Below are positions 1-11,634 of a stretch of DNA of 64,000 nucleotides, in pieces. Both the position numbers and the translations under genes were made by a program. This DNA comes from Vicugna vicugna. Its lineage: Eukaryota. Position 1 is the stretch's first letter, and each line of letters begins with the position of its first letter. The stretch is taken from NCBI GenBank assembly GCA_013265495.1, contig MU058584.1, positions 5,980,407 through 6,044,406 on the forward strand, in the 5' to 3' direction. Below the pieces are notes generated by a model. The model was not told the origin of the DNA. It was given only the letters and a program-made list of their open reading frames with translations, and ran no database searches.

Positions 1-639
1 ACTGTTGGGGAGTTTCTGACTTGAGTATGCATCACGGTCTTCTTTCCTAAATGGTGTTCACCTGTCTTCCTCCATCCTTTTGCCTCCTCAGGCAGCACAT
101 CAAGTTTCCCGGCCACCTGTGGGATTACAAAAGCCCTTGTCTAGGTCACTGGGCAACTCATCACTAAACTAAGAAATCAGTGTCGCCCGGGGAACTCTCT
201 CTCCCTCTGTTCCTTTCGGAGAAATTAACCGAAATGATCCTGATCCTGGCTCCCTTGGCCAGGAAGTTCCAACGATAAGCGTTTGCACTGAGTTCAAAGG
301 ACACTCTGTATCGAGTGGTATTTTATCTCGTGGTCACACTACTTCGGCCCTTTGCTTTAATCTGTTTCACGTATATATTTCCCTGTACTGAACTCAGCCC
401 AGCAATACGTAACGAAGCCCTTAAGGGCCAAAAGAACTAAGTATGATTTCAGCTGACAAGGGATGTTACATGGGTACGCACAAGGGTCCTTAAAAACAGT
501 AATAACAGGGATTCGAAAATTCAGCACTCAACTGAGTAGCCACATGGTTTCCCACATAGGATTTTCCGAGAAATGTTTCATCTTTATTCTCAACAAAAAG
601 CACTACCCAAAGACAGGAGCCAGCTGGGCCTCGGGGGCC

Positions 640-1820
640 TGGCACTGGTCTTGGGTCAAGAACGGAGGCAGCATCGCAGGGCGAGCGCGACCCCAGGCCC
701 CCGCAGCTCGGCCCCGCCGCGCCCGGGACGGTCCCGCCCCGCCGCGCACACTCGCCCTACCCGCGGCGAGGACGGCGCCCCGGGACCGCGGGCGGGCGGA
801 CGGGGGGGGCCAACCGCGACTCCTTGGGGTCGCTGAGGGGCGGGGACGGGGCTTCCGCTTCGCTAGCCCCTCACTTTCCACACCTGCCCGCGAGGCCCGG
901 CTCCGCGACTTCCTCCGATTGCACCGGCCGCCGACTCCGCGGGGCGGGGGCCGCCCGCGAAGCCCAGGTTCGCCAGGCGCCCAGCAAAGAGCAGGGGCAG
1001 GCTGCGCGGAGGCGGAGAGCAGGGTTCAACCGGCAGCGGCGCCGCGCCGAGCTCGCCCCAAGCGCAGGCCCGCGAGCCGGGCGCGCGCGCCCACCGCCTC
1101 GCTCCCGGCCCGGCCCCCTCCCCCGCGGCCCAGGCCCGCACTGACGGGGGACGCAGCGCGGGGCTCCCTGTTACCTGCGGGAGGGCGGCGGGGGAGGCGG
1201 CCGAGGGTCTTCACTTCGGTCCCCTCTTCGCCCACTGTTGACACCAACCACCCTCGCCTCCCCCGTGACGCTCTGGCCACTACGCCCACAATCTTCCGAG
1301 GTCTGGTCCCTCCGACACCATAGAGACGGGTCCGGAAGCCGGACAGAATGCCAGCCTTCAGCCCTCCAACGCCACCACTGAGGCGCACCAACCCGGAACC
1401 GAGATAGAGCGGCCGCACCGGTGGCTCTCAGGCCGGTGCCATCTTGAGTGTGGGCCCCCGTGCCGACCCGCGCTTCACTCACAGCCCCCAGCAGTATAGT
1501 TGGTCTGTGAAGATGTCTTCTCTTTTTGGCTTTGCGTTGAACGCGCAAATCTGTCTTGATTTTAATTTTTAGGCTTTTCAAGGGACCGTCTTAACTCGAT
1601 TTCCGCCCGAACCTAAAATGGCCGCCGGCCGCCTCTGACAAATAGAAAAGAGGCGTGGCAGAAGAAAAATAAGAGTACTAAGGAAATTGGGAGGGCTTTC
1701 AGGAGGTGACGTCACTCACCCCGCAGCCCGGATTGGCTGCGCTGCGTCGGCCCAAGTCGTACTGAGCTGCCGCTGAAGCTCGCGGAGGTCGAGGTGATTC
1801 CAGCTGAAGTCTATTGGTCA
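640..1820. promoter_or_regulatory. SCYL3: CpG island / housekeeping-type promoter of SCYL3
   Basis: Very GC- and CpG-rich. Motifs: ETS CCGGAAG 1332-1338, YY1-type GCCATCTT 1438-1445 and AAAATGGCCGCC 1615-1626, palindromic CRE GTGACGTCAC 1706-1715, inverted CCAAT (ATTGG) 1732-1736 and 1813-1817. No obvious TATA box. Confidence 0.9.
1175..1283 (-). other. SCYL3: SCYL3 non-coding first exon (5' UTR); TSS approximate
   Basis: Minus strand reads GTAGTGGCCA...GGGTGGTTGGTGTCAACAG...AAGACCCTCGGCCGCCTCCCCCGCCGCCCTCCCGCAG|GTAACA, with a canonical donor at 1174-1173. Resembles the human SCYL3 5' UTR as recalled. A position downstream of KIFAP3 on the same strand fits known synteny. Confidence 0.8.
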
Positions 1821-2669
1821 GAGTCTGAAGTTGCGCTTAATTAAGCAAAGAGTCAGATTAGGATTATTAATATTAATAGTGCTTATTAATATTAATAGTT
1901 TCTACTTATTAGGGTGTAGTGAGAATAAAATGAATGTAAGTGATAGTTTTTAAACTACACGACTCAAACCCTTTAGAATATTCTATTACCGTCCATGTGA
2001 TCTTAGTAGGAGTCAGCGCTGCTGTTTAATGCTTCTACAACCTCACAGTCAACTGTACACGCTACACAAATGTGATAGAATTTAAAACCTCATGTTACAG
2101 ACTGTGTTCATCCCACAGATATTTAACACACACCTTTTCTGAGCCATGCATTGCTCTGACCACCAAGAAAAGAAGGAAGGAGATAAAATCATTGCAGAAA
2201 AGTGTGTTCTTCGAGAGGCCTAAATAGAGCTATATTTTTTTTTTTTTAGGTGATTGAGGAGATGCTAGTAGCTTAGTGCTAGGAATGTTGTTTTTATTTT
2301 GCGAAGTGCTCTGCCCCACCACCAACATATAAGTTTCAAACTACTGTGTGTGAAGCTGGATATGCGCTAAATGACTCTACACTTCCCTGGTTACTCTGAG
2401 GCTTTTCTGACATTTGCTCCTTGTTCATTTAGTTGGTCAGCAAATACTTTCTAAGTGTTCAATGTGTGCCAGCCTCTGCCCTAGAGACTGCTGAAACATT
2501 AGCAAACAAAACACGGTAAATTTCCTGCCCTCACAGACCTCACATCTTGGAAGGGAGGTGGGGGTTGGGAGTGATGATAAGGGGAGAGAGAGACAATAAG
2601 TATACAAACGAATAAAGGTAAGTTCATATAATGGTAAATTCTCTGAAAAAATAAAACAAAGTCGTGTAA

Positions 2670-2885
2670 TGATAATAACAGTAGCTAAGATACGTTGAGT
2701 ACTTACTGTATGTTTGATAATTCATGTATTAATTCACTGACACCATACATCAGTCTCACTTTACACATGAAGAAACTGATGCACAGAGAGGTTAGGTAAG
2801 TTGACCGAAGTCACACAGCTGGCAATAGCACAGAGTAGTTGGCCTACAGATTTCATGTTCTTAACCCACTATGCAACATTGCCAC
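2670..2885 (-). mobile_element. MIR SINE
   Basis: MIR core tttacacatgaagaaactgatgcacagagaggttaggtaagttgaccgaagtcacacagct. Confidence 0.8.
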
Positions 2886-3432
2886 CCTAATGTGATAGAG
2901 AGCAACAGGGTAGAGGGAAGACAGGAGAGGAAAGGGAGTTGTTTTAGATGGACCTCCAAAGAGGGCCGCTTTGAAAAGGTGATATTTGATCTGAACACAG
3001 AGTGACGAGAAGGAGTCAGTTATGTGCAGATCTGTGGGTAAACTATTCCTGGCACAGGAACAGCAACTGGAAAGGTCCCAAGGCAGGGACTAGCTTAGAT
3101 TGTTTAAGGAACAGGAAGAGGGCCAGGGTGGCTGGAGTGCAGTAAGTGAAGGGAGAGTGGTCATGAAGAGGCTGCTGAGAGAGGCTGGAGCTTCAGGGTT
3201 GTGGGAAAGCATTTGGAAGCCACTGAGGATTTTAAGCAAGAGAGTAACAATCTAGTCTACGGTTTTAAAAGCTCACACTGGCTTTCATGTGGAGACTCCT
3301 AAGAAGAGAGAAGAGCAACAAGGAGACAAGTTAGGAGACGTTAGCAATAGTTTGTACATGGAGGATGAAGTGCCTTGAGCTAGGGGAGAAGGAAGAGAGG
3401 TGAGGTGTCCAGGAATATATTTTAGGATAGAG

Positions 3433-3766
3433 GGCTATGGACTGAATTGTTCCCCCACAACCACCACCACCAAATTCAGATCTTGAAACCTGAAACACTA
3501 ATTCGTGTGAAGCCCTGACCACCTTTGGAGATGGGCCTTTGGGAAATAATTAGGGTAGATGAGGTCATGAGAGTGAGCTCCTCATGATGGATTAGTGCCC
3601 TTGTAAGAGACACCAGAGAGTTTATTCTGTCTCTGCCACGTGAGGACAGGTGAGAAGGTGGTCACCTGCAGACCAGGAAGACAGCTCTCACTAGGGCAGT
3701 GAAGATACACATGTCTGTCATTCTGTTGAGTCTCAGGTATTTTGGCAGCCCAGGCTCACTAAGATA
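3433..3766 (+). mobile_element. MaLR solo LTR (MLT1A/B-like)
   Basis: gctatggactgaattg start, gatgaggtcatgag...gattagtgcccttgtaagaga body, ctaagata end. 5-bp TSD-like flanks tagag/cagag. Confidence 0.8.
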
Positions 3767-4117
3767 CAGAGTTAATGGTACGTACTAAAAGAAAGTAAGG
3801 AATCAAGGTTGCTGCCTTTGGTTTGGCTCCAGCAATTGGGTTCATGGTGAGGCCATAGCAAATTTGCAGAATGGTCATACATCCAAGTGGAGCTATCAGA
3901 TTGACTGATGGCTGGACAAGTCTGAAGAGTCACTGGAGACGTCTAGATAGGACATAAAAATCTGCGCATAAGGGTCTCAGCAGGTTGTAAGTATCCCGAT
4001 ATCTTACATGCTTCACCTGTATTCAACACAGAGAAATAACTACAACATAACACAGTATCTTAGCAAATGAACTCTAGAGACTACTTCCTCTCTGTGTGAG
4101 ATTCTTTGTCCATTATT

Positions 4118-5077
4118 CAACGATGTGCTGGTAAATGTTGAACAGTTTATGAAGTTTATTGATATAAAGTATGTGAAATACATGTATAGATGAATCACTT
4201 TGTTGGACATCTGAAACTAACACAATATTGTAAGTCAACTACACTTCAATTAAAAAACAAGATAAAAAATAAATGTTGCTGTAATTTCATTGAAAAAGGT
4301 ATATGAAGGATATGTAGCATATAATTTACAAGTAATAATGAAATATATAATATTCTTTATTGCAGATTCCACTAGCCAACTGAGAATTACCTCGGGGTGC
4401 AATTGATGAATGAGTGTCGTTCTGACATGAATGTTGGTTACTGTGTCAATTTATATTAACAGTTAAGATGAAATTGAAACAACAACAATGTATGTTGGAA
4501 TGTCACTCCTTCATCGATGTGAGTTAACTTCTATGCTGAAACTGATAATAGTTTTGAGTACTAGAAGACTTTTCCTCCATTTTTCATGCTATCACAATGT
4601 AACAGCTACAGTCAAGACGCACTTTTAAGTTTAATTTGAATTGTTATTAACATTTCTTCATCACTTTGTTAAGTCTAGACAATCAACAAAACACTAAACA
4701 AGCCCCGATTTGTAGCATTTGCCGATTTCTATAGTGTGAATACTCCCACCATGGCCAACTTCAGGGTACCAAAGTGACATCACTGAATTCAGAGTTGGGA
4801 AGAGATGTGGTCTACCATTATATAGTATTTCCATCAGAGAGATATAATAGATATAAATAACCTCTGAGCTTAGATAATAATAAAAGAGTAAAATAAATTT
4901 TAAATGATGAGTTCTTAAGTTTTTCTCACCTTTTAAATTATAATCTATTTAATTATATAACTTAATTTTTAGTAATGGCTGTGTTTAACAACTGGCTTCC
5001 AAAATGCCTAAACATTTCAGTCAGCTCTCATCAGTTTGTATGAGCGACTCTTGTGAGCGGGCTTGAGCACACCACCA
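4118..5077 (-). mobile_element. hAT-Blackjack DNA transposon (MER63-like)
   Basis: Degenerate TIRs caacgatgtgctgg / tgagcacaccacca and 8-bp TSD ccattatt (4110-4117) / ccatgatt (5078-5085). Confidence 0.75.
4185..4275 (+). mobile_element. Short L1 3'-terminal fragment nested in MER63
   Basis: gaatcactttgttggacatctgaaactaacacaatattgtaagtcaactacacttcaattaaaaaa is the typical laurasiatherian L1 3' end with an A-rich tail. Confidence 0.75.
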
Positions 5078-5179
5078 CCATGATTCCTTTTTAATCAAGG
5101 TTGGACAAAAAGAGGTTTATGTAATGTTTTCTTTCATGTTGCTTTTCTCCAAAAAAAAAAAAAATATATATATATAATT

Positions 5180-5316
5180 TAGATTTTGGTCTTTTTTGGT
5201 GGGGGGAGTAATTAGGTTTCTTTATTTTCATTTTTTAGTGGAGGTACTGGGGACTGAACTTAGGACCTTGTGCACGCTAAGCACACACTCTACCACTTGA
5301 GCTGTATCTAACCCTC
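5180..5316 (-). mobile_element. tRNA-derived SINE, camelid Vic-1-like
   Basis: Minus strand agctcaagtggtagagtgtgtgcttagcgtgcacaaggtcctaagttcagtccccagtacctcc carries A-box and B-box-like motifs and an A-rich tail. Same family as 13565-13660. Confidence 0.8.
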
Positions 5317-5704
5317 GGAAACATACTTCCAGCGTCCATGCACCCTAACTAGGTATTCATACTTTCTGTTTCTACTTTGCATTGTAAATTAATACATTAT
5401 TTCTTGCTTTTATGTGCATTAGTCTTTTTTGAGTTTATTTTTTTCTCCTAGACCTTGATCATAGCTGGTGTCCAATTTCTCAGTTCCAGTCCAGCAAAGC
5501 TGAGGACCAGACACTAGAATCTAGCAAGCACAGCCACCCGTGGCCACCCTTCCGAGTCATGCCTGGGAGACATCCGAGCGTTCCTCAGGTCATACCCTAT
5601 AGTCTTAACTGCATCGTTTTCAAAACCACAGCACCACTTTCTGACCAGATCGCTTCTAGCTATTTCCCAGCTTTGCCCTCCCTAAGACTATTTCAACCTC
5701 ATTG

Positions 5705-6267
5705 TGTTAGGTAGTAAGGTAAGCAGGGGCACCGGGCAGATAGGTGGAGGAAAGGGAGGATGGTCTGGAAGATGGCATGGTGACCGCCTCCAGCATAAAG
5801 GGACTTTACTTCTTCTAAATAAGTGCCAGCAAGAAACCGGTTACAACCCAGCAGAGGTGACTGCAAGGTAGCAGAAAGGACCTAACTGGACAGGACCCAG
5901 TGCCTGTTGTATTATAATTAACATTGCAACATTGCGATTTAGCCCCCCACCCACACCCCATGGATTTTTCTGTGTACACTATGGGTAAGGACGTGCACAA
6001 AAGGAGCCAAACACGACTCAGCATTCCAGGGGCAAGAGCCTTCAATCAACCAAAAGACCACCTCTAAGCAAGGGTCTAAGAGAAGAGGAGACAAAACCCA
6101 CCGCACTTCCTCCCTTGGATCAGCCTGCCTCCCATTCATGGAGGTGTACTTTTCCTTATTTTAAATAAATCTTTTAAAATCTTTAGCTACACAACGCACC
6201 ATCTCCCGACTGTAAACTTGTCTTTTGGGTATGACGAGAACTGGGGTCTTTACCTTTTGGGGTAACA
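5705..6267 (+). mobile_element. ERV solo LTR (ERV1-like)
   Basis: TGTTA...TAACA terminal inverted repeat, 4-bp TSD-like attg/actg, AATAAA near 6163, length 563 bp. Confidence 0.7.
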
Positions 6268-6339
6268 ACTGCATATTTTCTTCCAACAGGGCAGGCTCCA
6301 AAAAAGTCAGCAGACCTCCGTGTGAGCCTCGGTTTTGCT

Positions 6340-6500
6340 GCTCACCGTCCGGAGTGTTCTTGGGCAAATTGACTTTACTCAGCGTCCGCGTTCTCAGCTG
6401 CAAATTAGGAATTAAAGGAGTAGCTACCGCGTGCGTTTTGTGAGGGTTAGATTAGGTAAAGGGCTACCACGTGAAACTTTCAATCAGTGCTACATTCTGT
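6340..6500 (+). mobile_element. MIR SINE
   Basis: ttgggcaaatt...ttctcagctgcaaattaggaat...ttgtgagggttagattagg matches the MIR core. Confidence 0.6.
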
Positions 6501-8574
6501 TACTGCTGTTCTGTGACTGGTCCAGACCCCAAGGTTGGCTTCTGTAATCAGAGTTCTCATTCCTTTCACGCTCGCACCCTCCTCGTCTTTCCATGGCCTC
6601 GGGGATGCAGCGCCCCAAACATGTCTATTTACCTGAGAGACCTCATTCTTTTAAAAAAATTTGTATTTTAATGGCTTCTTTCTCCCCTGCTATAAGGAAA
6701 AGAATCTTTCTTTTGTTCGTTGATCTAACCCTCACTGTAAGTTGTCAACAGACGTTTATTGAGGAACGAATGCGTGGAAGCGGGGAAAGATCTACACCAG
6801 CCTGTGAACAGTCACAGCGTCGGGGAGGGAGGGGATTACTTTTCCCTTCATGATACAGCTACACGTTGTTTGTTTTATGTGACACAGTGGGCATAGATTA
6901 CTTTTGTAATTTTAAAGATAATAAAGGAATAAGAAACTGAAATGCAAACTTAAGACTGGAAGCTCTTATAGTCAGTCTTACATCTGATAAAACGGTGCTC
7001 ATAGTTCCTCACTATGTGGTAACAGTCTTGGGGCGTCGGGACCATGTCATAGCAGCTGCAAAGCTTCGACAGGAGAGATGAAGGCCTGTGCATGTTTCCT
7101 GATGAGGTGTACATGGCCGTTAAGTTAACGTTACCTACTTAAGGCAACAAAGAGTGACGTGTGAGCCTCTGTTCGTTTCTCAGTTCTCCCCAAAGCTGTG
7201 CTTCTAGCTCAACACAAGTTAAAACCTATTTGCTGTGTTTCTTTTAAAAAAAAAAAGAAAAAACTTCCTCTGTGTACCACTCCATGAGTCCTTCCCAGAG
7301 CAGCTCAGGGCTGCCATGGCTCCTGAGTTCCTTCCCTCCTCCCTGCAAACACCCACCCCAGTCCAAGTTCTGAGTCAAGGGAGAAGCACTGAGTGCTTGT
7401 GGGATAAAGAGATTCTGCAAAGAGTTTCCTGTGGTCAGGGAACATTTTAACAAGTGAACGAACAGACCCCAGGGCGTTCAGAGCTCCTCGTGTGAGCTTT
7501 CGCCCTCACTATTGGTACCAAAGCTTCTTGAAAAGAATTTCCCCCTTTTCTCACAGCAACTCTTCACTGATCCCCTGGGTTCTTTCACCTGCTTCTTTTC
7601 CCAGCTTTTACTCTTTTTCACTTCTTTCCCCGACAGTATGGAGTAAGTAGAGTCCGTCAGGCATGAGTTCTTCAGCCCAGTGACACTGTAGTGTGCCCAG
7701 CCTCGCGGACAGGAAAGACGCCCGTGTCGCAACAGTACAGTCTGCAGAGCCCAAGCCCTCTTCCAAAACCGCAGGCCTCCTCTCCACGGTCGCTGAGTTA
7801 AAACGGATTCCCTCAGCCCAGGAACGAGCTCTGAAAGGCGAGCTAACTGAGAAAGCTCAAGGCTTCCCTCACTGGCGCTCCTGGAGCCTGGGCTGCAGCC
7901 AGCGGCTCCCTGTCCCGCCTGCTGCAAACCGGAAGTCCGCGCTCTGCGGGGCTCAGTCTGACAGTCAGGCCTTGCCCAGCCCGCTGCTGCTGACACAGCC
8001 GACTTGCGACACTGGTAAATTGCAGGGAAGGAGGAAAAAGAGACAACTCATAAGAGGTATTTATGCTGCTTTTAAGTAGCAGTTAACCAACCTCCAGCTT
8101 CCAGAATCACGTACCTCAGTTCCCCAAACTACCAAGCTAGCAAGATGGAGCCTGGCAGAGAAAAGATGTAGAGACAGTAAAGTGCATGCTAAGCTTTTCT
8201 CCTCACACGTGAATTAGCTGCAGGGTTTCTCTACTGAGCAGTCATGAGGATCAAATAAAAGGCTTTCTGTATACTTTATACCCTGTGTGTTGGGCCTCTG
8301 GTAATCAAAATATTTCTAAGTGGCCTTCAGTGATGATGATTTGCAGGAACTGATGATAACTTTGCTGAGAAATGGATTAAATGATTCACACTACAGGGTG
8401 GTATGCTGCTGTGCGTGATTGCTCTTCATTTGGGTAATCATTCTCGTGAACCCAGAGTCTTCGTATCTGTGGAAAATACTGGTGGTGCTGCTGTGAAGAG
8501 AAACTGAAAGTTTTAAGGAAGGCACAGTATTTGTAATTTGAAACATTTGTACAGGCTTGTAAAGATCTCAATTT

Positions 8575-8940
8575 ATATCAGTAATCAATTGCTGCATAAC
8601 AAATCATCACCAATTTAGTAGCTTCGAACAACACTTATTCTGTTCACAGATCTGTAAGGGCTGGGGCAGGCCTTGGCAGGGCAGCTCATTTTGGCTCACA
8701 CGGTGTCCTCTGTAGGAGGGGTGTGTTGATGGTGGGGGGCTGGAATCCTCTGAAAGCTTATTCACCTCTAGCAGTTGATCCTGCTTGTCTTCAGGGACCT
8801 CGGTTGGGACCTTCTGAGCCAGGGACAAGACCACCACTAAGTACACTTCCATTCAAAAAGGGAGCAAGGGGAGACACATGGCAGTCGTTGGTTTATGGCA
8901 AATCTGAAATTGTGCAGGCACATTTGCTACTTCCTTTTAC
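8575..8940 (-). mobile_element. Old MaLR LTR (MLT1 family)
   Basis: tatcagtaatcaattgctgcataacaaatcatc...tttagtagcttcgaacaacac is the antisense MLT1 3' end. Confidence 0.65.
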
Positions 8941-8949
8941 TCAGGGCGT

Positions 8950-9193
8950 CAGGGAATGTTCCTTAGTTAGGTCCCAGCTTTTGCTCCCTGGCCATGTTCT
9001 CTATTCGATTCCCACCTGCCTAGTTCAGTGGATCTATAGCAACTTCAAGCCCCACACAAGACACAGAAGAAAGTTTTTCATAGACTTCTCCACTGGTTCC
9101 CACAATTATATAAAGTCTAACCCCTATAACAAATTCCATATGCTGTATCACTCAGAGCGGTTTTGTTTTTCTGATCAAACTCTGAATGATATA
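8950..9193 (+). mobile_element. ERVL-class LTR 3' part (MLT2-like)
   Basis: Ends ggttttgtttttctgatcaaactctgaatgatata, resembling the MLT2 U5 end. Directly precedes the pol remnants. Confidence 0.55.
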
Positions 9194-11000
9194 AGACCAA
9201 TTAAAAATAGCTGACTCCATCTGTCCCTGAATTTTCTTTAGTGGCATTACTTGCTGTGGGCTTTGGATCTTAGATCTGTGAATGATCTCTGTGGGGTCAG
9301 GAAAAGCGCAGCAGCCACCAGTGGTACTCTGATGCAAGGAATTCCAGGGAACGCAGACAAATTTATATCCTTAGGAAAACAACCACTTTCTATCTAGTGG
9401 GACCTGTGTGTTGAAAAGCCTCATAGGCCTGGTGCCTACAGACATGGTAGCAAAGCTTCTAATTGTACTTTAGATCAGTTAAAACTGAACAAACCAGAAG
9501 ATGGCCTAGATCCTGACCTGATTAAAATAACAATGGTGCTTTAAGGAAGGGGCCAAACTGTTACACTCACAAGCAGGTGGCAGGACAAACACTGGTCCTC
9601 CCCTATTCTAAGGGATGGCTATGTCAGCTGAGATCAAAGAAGGACCTCTGCTAAAATGAAACAGCACTGGCAGAATTAACAGTGGAAACACAAAGACTAC
9701 TTGTGGGTCAAGGATGGCAGGGCTATCGTAACCTGGAATTAGGTTAAATGCTGGGCTTCTTCCTTCCGTCCATTCCCTTGAAGCAGGACCAAGCCAACTG
9801 GCACAATATGCTTAGCTCCAGGCAGACTCAATGCAGACAGCACAGGAAGCCAGCTGGTTGGTGGGCTATAGCTAATGGACTGACCGTATAGTCAAGTAGA
9901 TGAAAACAAAATGGCTAGATAATTAATGGAAACCACTGCGGAAAAGGAAACTATCAGAAGCACTGGTGTTACGTGTAGCTAGCTACTCGGTTGATGAGGT
10001 TTCTGAATAGAACAATGAAATAGACGCTCTAACCTGAAACGTACACCTATAAAAAGGAAAACTGGGACAGTAGGAATTCTGCCCATCACTGATTCTGTTC
10101 ATGGACGTGTTAGGAAGGTGGGTTCAGACAACATTCTGAGAGTTGGCACTGCCCTTAAAAGCAACTAACATGTAAAAATTGGGCTCTAAACTAGTGAAAG
10201 CCAATCGAATATACTCTGATGTCCCAGCTCACCAGATATTACAGATAGGTCTAAGGATTGTGTTCCTAGGGTACCGTTTCCCAGGCAACATGGCAGATGG
10301 ATTCTTTAGGGCTTCTGGTGGAAGTAACAACAAACAGCCTTGACTTGCTGCCCTACGTTTGTGCTCAGGGCTCTGAGTCACGTTTGCTTTTGCCACAGTG
10401 ACTGCTAAAATGCAGACAGTTGGAAGAGTGGCGTGAAAGATGAGTAACCCTGAGACTATTGGTCTTGACCAGAGACCGCTTTTATTTTTTCAATCACAAA
10501 AATCTATCCAACAATAAACAAGTAACATGGTAACTCAATGGAATTTTTATTTCTGTTTTCCTGATAGTTGACTGTAACTGGAATAACAGAGGGGCCTCTT
10601 AAAAAAAGATAGCTGAGAAAACACCCGGGACTGGAACTGAATCTAAATGGGTGAAGAAGTAAGACCAATAGATTAGGCAACTAAACAAGGAATATAAAAA
10701 GGGTACTATAACCTCTGGGAGACACTTGGAGACAGTTCCACACGGCATCAAGAAATGAAACCCAACCAGACACAGAAGAGAAAAATTAATTTTCAGAAAC
10801 GCGTCTGAGGTCCCTCGTTGCAATCGGTTGTTGTTTTCTCCCCCTCTAGCTAACGGGACTCAGTCGATACTGTCCCCGGCCGAAGATGAGGTATTGTTAG
10901 ACGTTGTCCTTCTAGTGAGAAAATTAACTTGCCCAAGCAGGGGTGGTGGCTATTTAGGCTATAGCAAATCTCTTCCATAGCAGCAACCACTGACCTTGTA
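9194..11000 (+). mobile_element. Decayed ERVL-like internal region (pol: RNase H and integrase remnants)
   Basis: Manual translation. RNase H: WVKDGRA (~9704), SQLAQYA*LQA (~9791), WAIANGLTV*SSR*KQNG*IING (9862-9930). Integrase: QATWQMDSLGLL (10282-10317) and NPETIGLDQ (10446-10472), the first two catalytic Asp motifs. Many stops and frameshifts. Right boundary uncertain. Confidence 0.75.
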
Positions 11001-11634
11001 GGACTAGGGGCCTGATCATTCAAACAGAAAGTCTTGCCTAAAAAAAAATGGAAGTAGCGGTGAAGGCAGAAGCAGGCAGAGGTAACTGAGGGACTAGATG
11101 ACTCACACTGGGTGAAGCTGAACCAGCTAAGAAAAAGAAGACACTAAGATATCACGGAAGAAAGTTACGTTTGCCCCTGCATAACAATTTTGGCCACACT
11201 GTTACACCCCAGGAGTAATTGCGTTAGGGACAACGGCAATGTTTATGACTGGTTGTGCAACTCAACCCCCATTTGTGATGACCATTAGGACCGCTGGTTT
11301 TGTGTGTTGGTTATTGTGTGTGTGTAGGTATTCAGGCTGGTACACAGGCAGAACCCCTGTGTCCTGGTGCCTGAACTACATACAGTAATTGTAAGAACAC
11401 CAGAAACATCAGCCCTGCCACCTGTGCTGCATTAAGTGACACAGACATAGTGTCTACCAGCACAGGAATGTCCTGCTCACAACATCCCTACTCTCCATAT
11501 AATTTGGACGTAACCTATAAATTAAGTGAATGGACAAGCATGCAGCCATTTTAAACATGACTTACTGGGGGAGTCCTTGCATGTTTACTGGTTTCAGACA
11601 CTGAGGGTATGCCTTCCAATTAGTTTCCTGTAAA

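Larger units (their letters stand above)
2420..3990 (-). mobile_element. L2 LINE 3' remnant, interrupted by a MIR and an MLT1 LTR
   Basis: Starts with the typical antisense L2 tail (ttcattt...caaatactt...tgtgtgccag...cctgccctca), followed by purine-rich L2 body sequence. Boundaries approximate. Confidence 0.65.

Noticed and set aside
463..1581. Long overlapping ORFs (286 aa on +, several on both strands)
   Set aside because: Pro/Arg/Ala/Gly-rich frames arising from stop-codon scarcity in a CpG island. No recognisable domain, and they overlap SCYL3 exon 1/intron 1.
8723..9214. 163-aa ORF
   Set aside because: Non-ATG start, and it runs across two unrelated LTR remnants.
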